Of a DNA stretch of 64,000 nt, positions 24,834 to 34,100 are shown one piece after another. Numbering within the stretch: position 1 is the first letter of the stretch; each line of letters begins with the position of its first letter. The notes under the pieces were generated by a model. The model did not search any database and was not told the DNA's origin. It saw nothing but the letters and a program-made list of their open reading frames with translations. Made by a program: the position numbers and the translations under genes. The DNA comes from Basidiobolus meristosporus CBS 931.73 (Eukaryota > Fungi > Basidiobolomycota). The stretch is taken from contig MCFE01000280.1 in assembly GCA_002104905.1 (NCBI GenBank), forward strand, positions 39,821 through 103,820, written 5' to 3'.

Positions 24834-25718
24834 ATGACTTACTCATCTAAATGGTCTTTTCTCATCAATCCCATCACTACCACTGGATTTCCTTTTGACA
24901 CACTAGAGGAGATTGATTCCAAGTACTGTGGACCATCAACCCCAATCTACTCAAGGAGATCCCTTGTCAAGCTTCTCTGCTATTACAAGAACTATTGCCC
25001 TACAAGGTTTCATCCCACCATCCATGGCAACAAAAGTCCTAGAAGCTTTCATTCCCAGCTGACAGCAATGGAGAACCACCTTGCAGAGGGTATGAATGAC
25101 TTAGAGCAAGCTTGGAATACTAGGTTCAGAAGCTCCAATAGACTTCCATATCCCAGAGTGTTCAGCAACAGGTTCCATATCAGGAGTATTTTGGATACCT
25201 TCCCAGTGAGGATTAACAGACCTTTTAGAGGGCAGAGGCACTTTTATTCTGGCAAGTACAAGGCACACTGCGTGAAGTTTCAAGCACTGTCTGACATTGA
25301 GGGTAACATCATCTGGTTTAGTGGGCCATTTGCTGGAAGTAGGCATGACAAAGCACTCTGGGTAGAGAATCATCCTGAATTCAGTAGAGGGGAGAAATGT
25401 ATGGCAGACTTAGCTTATATAGGGGAGGATTGTCAGAGATTAGGATGTATTACTGCTTATAGGAATCCAAGGAATGGTGTGCTTAGCAGGAAGCAGAAGC
25501 TCTACAATGAGATATTTAATCATTTCAGAGTGAGGGTAGAGCACACATTTGGATATCGGAAGAGATTCAGCATATTGGCAGGTATATACAGAGGAAAGTC
25601 ATATATAGGAGAAAACAGCAGAATAGGTAAAATAGTTAAGATACTTATTAATGCACAGTATGTTCATACAAGAAGACATCCACTGAGAGAAATGTGTCTG
25701 GAGCATTATGAAGAGTAA
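24834..25718 (+). CDS. DDE_Tnp_4-type (IS5/Harbinger-like) transposase, 294 aa, apparently intact
   Basis: ILDTFPVRINRP, FYSGKYKAHCVKFQ, GSRHD, MADLAYIG, RVRVEHTFG: the catalytic acidic residues are present and there are no stops. Confidence 0.9.
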   Translation: MTYSSKWSFLINPITTTGFPFDTLEEIDSKYCGPSTPIYSRRSLVKLLCYYKNYCPTRFHPTIHGNKSPRSFHSQLTAMENHLAEGMNDLEQAWNTRFRSSNRLPYPRVFSNRFHIRSILDTFPVRINRPFRGQRHFYSGKYKAHCVKFQALSDIEGNIIWFSGPFAGSRHDKALWVENHPEFSRGEKCMADLAYIGEDCQRLGCITAYRNPRNGVLSRKQKLYNEIFNHFRVRVEHTFGYRKRFSILAGIYRGKSYIGENSRIGKIVKILINAQYVHTRRHPLREMCLEHYEE

Positions 25719-26773
25719 ATAAAGCAAGGAAAGTACTATTCTGAGCAACATAAGTAAGATTGAGTAAAATTACCAGTAACTGTATCATACCACTGGCATC
25801 ATGGTAGAAATTATAGTGCCAGATAGTGCCGTAGAGTGCCAGATTGATCCGGCACCATAAACAGGCTGGCACTATGTGGCACTATCCAACGGAACAAGTC
25901 TAATATGTATTATGTAGATTTTTGTAACTTATTGGGTAAGATATTAACCAGGGTATCAGAGGAGTTGGGGATAAGTGTATCAAACATTAAGGTACAGATT
26001 TTGGATTTGGATGATAAGTTGTTGTTGTATACAAGATTAATTCAGTCAAATGATGGGACAATTTATAGTGCAGCATATACAAATTAGAAGCAGGTAGATG
26101 TGAGTGAGGTAGGGAATGCAATGACAAGACCAGCAGTTAAATTTATGTTAACAAATAAGGACAAGAGTCAAGGAAGGCTTAGAATACAATGAAGCCAGAT
26201 GTATGTGGATAGGATTATAGAGTCTTTTCTGTTGGCAATTAGAGAGTAGAGGGGGAGAGAGATAGCACAACTATGGGAGAAATAAGATTTAAATAAATAT
26301 TATAGGAGAGAACAATTTGTGCAAGAAAGAAGAAGTATTTTCAAAAAGGAAAGAGAGCTAGGATTAAGATGTTAAGAAAGATTTGTGCAAGAAAGAGAGG
26401 TATTTTTAAAAAGGAACATGGCAGGAGGATGAGTTAAAATTTGAGAGTGGGTATAGAGGAGAAGGAAGTTATTAGAAGAGGGTATATACTTAAGAGAGTC
26501 AAGTGTGATATGAAATTATAAATTTGGGTTAAAACTAATATCTAATATAAGTTTGGTATTTAATTTTGGCTTTTAAAAAATAAATATAATCTTTTAATTT
26601 CAAACTCAAGTTGGCAACTTAATATTAATACTTATGTAAATACAACTACAAAATTTCTGCCATAAATTATTGTCATATATTATTGCCCCAAATTATTACC
26701 AGATAGTATTGCCAAAAATTAGTACCACAAATTATTTATTTGAGTTTGTGTAATATAGCCACATCCTATAACT

Positions 26774-27837
26774 CTATACCGTTTGTTTATTTGGTAAATA
26801 CACTATCTTGTCACCAGAACTTCTCCAAAGCTTTTCTTTTAAACCTAACAGTTTCCTAATGTTATTCATCAAACTAAGATGTTCCTTAAGCGGATTCCCA
26901 GGCTGCTCATTCAATATTGGAACCTTCCACAATGGCTTTGAAAAACATCTCTGAAATGTATCATCATCCCATTGTACAGCTACACAAATACCATCCTTGC
27001 TCACATATTGTGCCTTAACTCTCTTGGTTCCCAACTCTACAGGATAATCAAGATCTTGCGGTAAAAAAGCATCCTTGCCTGGAACTATTGTTGGTTTTAA
27101 CATTAAAGATACTTTTACGTCTATTAGTAATGATTACAACTTGTCATCATTTGTAAACATTGTTTTTCCCTTTGACAATATTACAGGCTCATATGTTGTT
27201 TTTGTTTTGAGAGACAACTTAGTATGATTCCTAAATATTATTATACCACAATTAAACTTCTGTTTCCAGAGATACCTACCATCATTGGGTGCATAAATGT
27301 TATATCCTTTGTTTTTTGTAACATATACTAAAATAATATCTATACCAAACATTTCCTCAAAATACCTATAACAGTATTTACTGTCCAAATTCTTTTTAGA
27401 ATTATTAAATGTCTCCACTACCATATCAAAAGGAATGTTACATGTTTCCTGTTTTGTTACCTCTAACCCTTCTGTACTAAAACCCTCTCTTATAACATCT
27501 ATCTGTTGGCTGAAATTCTTAAACAAAGTTGGATTTAAAGCATACAATATAGCTGCCAAAAAAGACAATGGACCTTGTTTGACTCCAACTGTAAAATAAG
27601 TATTCTTGATACATAAGTTTCCTATTGATGAACTTGGCAAAGGTCCCATTTTTCTTCCTCCAAATGTCTTAATAACCCAATTATTTTTGGTTTGTTCTCC
27701 CCTTTTGCTTTTTTTTCATTGTTTTGCCCAAAATAATATTTATAAGTTTTGCTACCAGGATGATTCATATGATCTGTTGTATAACAAGTTACCAAATGCA
27801 AAAATGTATCTCTATTAGATAACCTGTTTTTCTTCAA
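26774..27837 (-). pseudogene. Nucleocytovirus early transcription factor large subunit (VETF-L, poxvirus A7-like) central relic
   Basis: KKNRLSNRDTFLHLVTCY..DH, G-x-LP, YFTVGVKQGPLSFLAAILYAL, YRYFEEMFGIDIILV and KAQYVSKDG occur in the order I recall for pitho-/irido-/marseillevirus-type VETF-L. Intronless and AT-rich; one frameshift near 27650 and one stop at 27134-27136. Confidence 0.62.
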
Positions 27838-30029
27838 ACAACAAAAAATTTCTCAGGTAAAGTATAATATCTAGAATAAGTTGTAGGAGGATAAGGATAG
27901 CATATAACTCACCCACCCATATTTTGCTCCAGAAAGCAAGTTACAGTGTGCAGTCTTTTATCTGTTAGATGCAGCTCTACTGTGGTACCACAAAAAGATC
28001 AGGTCAACCACCATGATGGGATGCTCTACAAGATCCACCTGGGAAACACTTGTGTTGGAGATTCAGGATACTTTCAAACCGCCACACCAGCAGACACTAC
28101 TAGGAAGAAAGTTGAAGACACTCAGACAGAATGGAATGGTTTAAGAGTACATCTATGAATATATATGTCTACTTGGACAAATTGAAAAGAATGAACCTCC
28201 TGAATCAAGTGGAATACTTTATTGATGGGCTGAAAGAAAGAACTCTCATGGCAGTGAGTTATCAAAGACCTCAGACTATTGAAGAAGCAATCAAGATTGC
28301 CACTGACTATGACTCAGCTATGATTGAAGTTGGGAAGCCCTCAATGACTAATCAGAGAGGCTGCAATCACTCAGAAAGAAGACAATCAGAAGAAGTGCCA
28401 ATGGAAATAGACACTGTGCAGAAGAATGCTACCTGAGAAGAATGTAAGATGAAAGGAATTTGCTTTAATTACCACCAGCAAGGACATATAACAAAGTACT
28501 GCCCTCAGAGAAAAAATGGACACCAGCCATCAAGAACCTTCTACCATATTGAAGCCCTTGAGTAGAGTAACATGGGGGATGAACTTGATGAAGACTCAGA
28601 ACTCACCTTCCATATGACAGAAAAATACCTATCCCAGATGACCTCCAACTCAGGAAAGCTATTATACTTGAATGCAGTAATAAATGGAGTACCTGTCATG
28701 TGCATGATTGACTCTGGAGCATTGCAAGAGTACATTTCAGAGCAACTTGCTTTGATGTCTGGATACAACTTAGAACCTACCAAATCAACTTCAGTCTTAA
28801 CATCTCAATGGAACTCTCACATAAACAACTGTATTACTCAGCCAGTAAGGACAAATATCAATAACTATGAAGAAGACCTAAAGGCCTATATATTTGGGAA
28901 CTGCAAGTTGGATGTTGTACTTGGAAAAACCTGGCTATTTTGTTGTAATCCATCAATCATCTGGTGAACCAATGGAACTAAGATCCAGAAGGACAACAAG
29001 ACCTATGAGCTATTACCTGCAAGATTGGATTGAAGCTTGGTCAATTCCAGTGTGTGTGAAACAAATGAACTTACCAAGTAACAGCTCTGTATAGCACTTA
29101 AAAAAGGTACCCAGATGATCCTTATGACAGTATTACAGGAGAATTCCTCTACTCCAGGATCCCAGAAGGTGTAGACTCTTTTGAAGGAATATTCAGATGT
29201 ATTTCCAGAGGAACTTGTAAGCCTACCACCAGTCAGAGATGTGGATTATGCCATTGACACAGGAGATAGCCCTCTTGTAAGTAAGATACCTATCACAATA
29301 AGTCCATTGGAGTTGGAAGAGATGAAGCAATAAATAGATCAGCTATTGGAGCAAGAATATATCAGACCCAGCAAGTCACCATGGGGTGCACCAGTACTTT
29401 TTGTGAAAGACAAAGATGGAACACTAGGATGTACACTGACTACAGAGCCCTCAACTCAGTTGCTGTGAAGAATAAGTACCCCATACTTTGGATTGATCAG
29501 CTTTTGGACCAACTCAATGGAGCCACTATATTCAGCAAGATTGACCTTATGTCAGGATGTGGGTTATTACTGACTGTGCTTGGTGTGTGGGAGAGCTTGT
29601 AGGTCAAGTGAGTACCACCTGGCTCAGGATACCTTCTGATAGAAGGTAGCAAGGTACTAAAGACATATGTTTATTCCATGCTAATCTTCTCCTTTCTAAC
29701 TTGGTTCAATCAGATATATATATATCTCTTGGAGGGGCCTAGATAATAGACATGGTATTATAAAATAGGGGTGTGAACACCTTCCTGTTGTGGTAAGTGT
29801 TCTAACTAGATAAGGGCAAGAATAGGAGGGAGGATGTGTGGGGAATTCATAGGGAGGATATTGGGAGACTTTGGGTAGAACTCTGGGGAGAACTCTTGGG
29901 CAAAGAGTGGGTACTACATTTAGTACTCACATATCCTGGGGGTCAAGAGGGAACTTTGTCCTTGAAGTTCTTTGACTAACTTGCTTCTCCAGGGTCAACT
30001 TTGTTTACAGAGCCTGGGGAGTCATTATA

Positions 30030-31189
30030 TTACCATTGCTGGTTGTCACTTGCAAAGGGGTCACAGGCAAGTACCTGATACCATTTGGCAGCAGAGTGGG
30101 GTGTGGCTTGCATTGCTTGAAGGATGTTTTCCACAGAGCCAAACAATTGGCAAACCATAGGGTTCTGGGTAAGTTCCTTGGGAGGGTTGGAGAACAAGAA
30201 GATATCTAATAATGCAACAAAGTCTTGCTTCTTTATCTTGCAAAAGTTGTTGGGGCTTGTCCTTGTCATGTTCAACACAACAGTGGGGGCTCTTTTGAAG
30301 TGGGCATACACTTAGTTGGCAGTCAGCTGTTGTCAATAACAAGTTTTTGCCTCTTCCAAGACATATTGTAGTTTTTCCATAGAGACTATGGCACAATCAA
30401 GGTACTTTTGCACTTACCTCATGGTTTCTACAGTGTCTGTGATGGTTTCATTGGCTTCTTGGAGTTGGACTTTGTACTGGTTCCTGAGTTGTCCTATAGT
30501 AAACCACTGTAATAGTTGTAACACAGCAACTTGGTGAGTTGTCCTATGGTAAACCACTGTAATAGTTGTAACACAGCAACTTGGTGGATTTCATGGGTTA
30601 ACTGGCTGGTGTATTTAATCTGTTTGCGTATTTTCTCTAAGATGGTTCCTTATTGGAAATGCGGTTTGAGATGTTTGCAAATTTCTCAGAGGAGTCCTTC
30701 AATTGGGAGTTCTACTTCTGGTGCTCTTGCTGCTTGTACCAGGTCTGCATATACCTTGACAACTGTGGTACCAATCAATGGCATATATGCAACAAAACAG
30801 GGGGGCTCTTGAGGTCTTGTGAGGGTGCAACAGTTGATTCCTTGTGTCTTCTGTCTGACTGTGTCCAGTATGGATACATGAATCAGTGCGGCATCCTTCT
30901 CCTTAATGATCAAGGAACCTCCTCTTAGGTGGTACACAGTCTTCTTGGGTAGTATCTCCATGCTTCATATTGGCATGGGTAACTTGTTTTGTCCCTCTCT
31001 GATTGTATCTTGTATCAATGTGACTGCTCTGGCAAACTACTCTTCCTAGGTGGCACTTGTTGCATGTAACACTCCTACCATATCTCTCAATACTTACAGG
31101 TTGGTCTTGTTTTTGATATCATCTTGATTCTTGCTGGTGGGAGGGGTATCACCGGTTTCAGGTGAACTGTTTCTTTTGGTGCTTTCCAT
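30030..31189 (-). pseudogene. Extra sense-strand ORF between integrase and 3' LTR of Gypsy F (369 codons after repair)
   Basis: One frame from ATG 31189 to stop 30030 once one copy of the 50-bp duplication is removed; 9 internal stops; coiled-coil-like centre. Confidence 0.6.
30486..30585. repeat. 50-bp direct tandem duplication (1 mismatch)
   Basis: GAGTTGTCCTATAGTAAACC...GCAACTTGGT at 30486-30535 and 30536-30585. Confidence 0.97.
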
Positions 31190-34100
31190 ATGCATTCTTT
31201 TATTCTCCCTTTTGGGCAAACTTCCTTGTGCATATCATTTATACTTATATTGACTAAAATCTTCTCTAATAAACTTCGTATTTATCCTATGTCTTCCTCT
31301 ATCCTTGTCATGATAATTGCTTAGTCACACTTTGGTTTCAGTGATGATTGGTGGATCATCAGGCCTGCAACAGTTTGGTTGTACCACACTGTATTGCCTG
31401 GTTTTCACTTTTGTCTGGTTAGTTTCTTGTTTTTGGGTGGAGGAGGAAGGTGCTTTTCAATATTCTTGAATACTTTTATGTATATGTGGGCAATATGGTG
31501 TATCAACCTTTCTACATAGCTGTTATTTGTTGTCAAGGGGACACCTTCCATTGTTAATCCACCTTCTTCATGCCACTTGCACCTTTGTCCATACAGAACT
31601 TTGTATGGGGAGAATCCTGTCATTTTATTTAGTATTGTATGCATGGCTAGGAGTATCAGTGGGAGCAGCTTGGCCCATGACTGAGGGAGTTCCCAGTGAA
31701 GCTTCTCTAGTATGCAGCAACATGTCTGGTTCTTCCTCTTAGTTAATCTGTTAGTCTGGGGGTGATAGACAGCCATGAAGACTTGTTTCATGCCAATCAT
31801 TTTGTACAGATGGGCCACAGTGTTGTTCAGGAAGGAACCACCATTGTTGGACAGGAGTATCTGAGGATATCCATGTCAGCATATGAGTTGTTCTAGAATG
31901 AATTGGGCAGTTATTTTCTGATCTTTATTTTGGATGGCTTGGGCGTTGACCCACTTCGAGAAATAATTGGTAGCAATTATATGTATTGTTCTCCTTTCTT
32001 TGTTTTCATAAACTGGTCAACAAAGTCAATGCCTACCCAGTGGAAGGGTAGGTCAGCTGGTATTAGGGCAGTTGTCCCTATATTCTGACTCTGGTTAAAT
32101 CTTTTGCAGTTGGAGTATCTTTGTAATGTATTTGTGACCTTGGTCATCATTTTTTTCCAATAAAACATCTTTCTTAACATCTTATATGTTGTTAGGGGTT
32201 AGCATGTCCTAATGATATATGTCTTTCTTGTATGATTTCTTCACAGGCAGCTACTGGGGGTACCTTGACTCTGAACTGTCCTTTGAGGAACCATAATTGA
32301 TTTTTGTGTACTTTGTACTGAGATCATTTCCTTTCAAGGTCTCTCCTCTGCTTGTTTGTAACAATATGTTTGGGGTACTTCCCCCTTCTTTTAAAGCAGA
32401 TTGCATCCTTGTAGTCCTTGCTGACTTGTACTTGGCAAATGGGATAACAACTGAGGGAGTCTGTGTCCTGGTGTTTCTTGCCTGCACAATGAATTATTTT
32501 CAAGTTGTATTCTTGTAGTTGGAGGGCCCAACATGCTAGTCAACTGGTTAAGTCTTTAGTTTTCATCAGCCAGACCTGTGCACTGTGGCCTGTTACTATC
32601 ATGAATTAGCAACCATATATGTATGCATGGAATTATTGAATTGAATAAAGAACAGCCAGACATTCTATCATAGTAATGGGGTAGTGACGTTTGTGTTTGT
32701 TTAGCAAATGACTCACATATCTGATTGGGTGAAATTCTTTGGGTTGGTGGTATTGTCTCAGTACAGCGCCAATACCAGTGAGACTTCCATCACAGTTAAT
32801 GAAAAATCTCACATTACAACTACCACACAAAACACTGGCCATTTTGCATCAATTTGTACAGGGGCACTGCTATTGTTGCAAGGTTTTTGACAAAGCAGCA
32901 ATAGTAGCCGGCTAATCCTAGGGATCCCAACACTGCATTGTTATCCTTTGGTGCAGGTGTATCTTGAACGGCTTTCAGAAGAGAAGTAGATGGGTATATC
33001 CCATCTGCCAAGATCTTGTGGCCCAGGAACAGCAAGTTTGTATACAGGAAATGGCACTTCTTGGGATGTAGTTTGAGTTGGTTCTCAAGGAGGGCTGTCA
33101 GGATACATTGCACATTATGTACATGTTCTTTTACATTGGGGGAATACATTGTGATTTTGTCCAGATACACAAGAGTACATTCTTAGTGTAAATTTCCTAG
33201 CACCCTGTCAATATTTTTTTGGAACATAGCAGGAGCATTGCACAAGCCAAAGGGTAGTTGGTTCCATATGTATCATCCAAACAATGCTATAAAATCAGTT
33301 TTGGATTCATCTTCCAGGGCTACTTCAACTTGCCACTACCTAGAGATTAAGTCAAGAGAGCTAAAATATTTAGCTCTGATTAATCTGTCCAAGAGGTTGT
33401 CTATTTGCAGTAGTGGATACATGCCCTTCCAGGTGATGGCATTCAATTTTTGATGGTTGATGCAAAAACATTTCTTTCTGTCTTTCTCTGGGACTGTCAC
33501 TATTGGGGAGGCCCACAGTAAATGGCTCTCTGTAATGATGTTGTCTTTTAATAAAGTTTCAATTGACTCTTTGATATAATCTGTGTTAATTTTTGAGTTT
33601 CTACAGGCTTTTTGCTTGACTGGGTATTTGTTGGCAAGGTGGATTTGGTGATATACCCCAGGTATATGGCCAATTACTTGGTTCTTAGAGAATACTTTGG
33701 CAGGCAGGTGTACTCTTTCCAGGAACTTGTCTTTCAATGTAGGCAGTAGACCAGGGTCCACATCTAGTTTGGCAAGTTCATCTTCTGGTTCCTTGCTTGT
33801 AGGCAGTCCTGGGTTGTTTCAATCAACTTCCTCTAAGTTCAACAATGGCTCTCCTCTAGGCAATGTCACCACATGTTGCCAGTTGTTAACCACTAAGCAC
33901 CTCAGACTTTGCATTTCAAATTTTGGCGGTATCAGTACTTTAGTGATCAAGATTCCTTCCAGTTGCTTGAATACCTTTGTTGCAGTTATCATTCTTCCAC
34001 TTGTCAGATAAGCTATTGGTGTCTCTAATGAGATCACCGTCTCACTGGCTAGTGGTATTATTATCAGCTTTTGTGTGATGATCAGAGACTGCACCAGTTT

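Larger units (their letters stand above)
22484..25901. mobile_element. PIF/Harbinger (PHIS) superfamily DNA transposon, 3418 bp, two divergent ORFs, 15-bp TIRs, AAT TSD (Pangu-like)
   Basis: Left end AGACTTGTTCCATTG and right end (reverse complement) AGACTTGTTCCGTTG. AAT at 22481-22483 and 25902-25904. Repeated subterminal GTGCC/GGCAC motifs. Confidence 0.88.
22200..26510 (+). pseudogene. Unknown intronless gene of the viral-like block, split by the DNA transposon (22200-22483 plus 25905-about 26510)
   Basis: Removing 22484-25901 and one AAT rejoins ...TAMFTLKGNN to MYYVDFCNLLGKILTRV... in frame. Protein-like composition, several stops, no recognised motif. Confidence 0.45.

Noticed and set aside
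22300-26200. Family B DNA polymerase C-terminus as the identity of the split plus-strand gene
   Set aside because: Only vague resemblance (DPKDLCI, YYVD); no catalytic or thumb motif is convincing.
25905-26520. Minus-strand LRR-like reading (LSCTNLS...LSCTNCS)
   Set aside because: That frame has almost no Glu, Gly or Asp and 7 stops; it looks like the shadow of the plus frame that rejoins across the transposon. Not fully excluded.
30486-30585. Possible repeat-spacer (CRISPR-like) array
   Set aside because: Two adjacent 50-bp copies with no spacer; a simple duplication in eukaryotic DNA. No CRISPR array, rRNA or tRNA gene was seen in the window.
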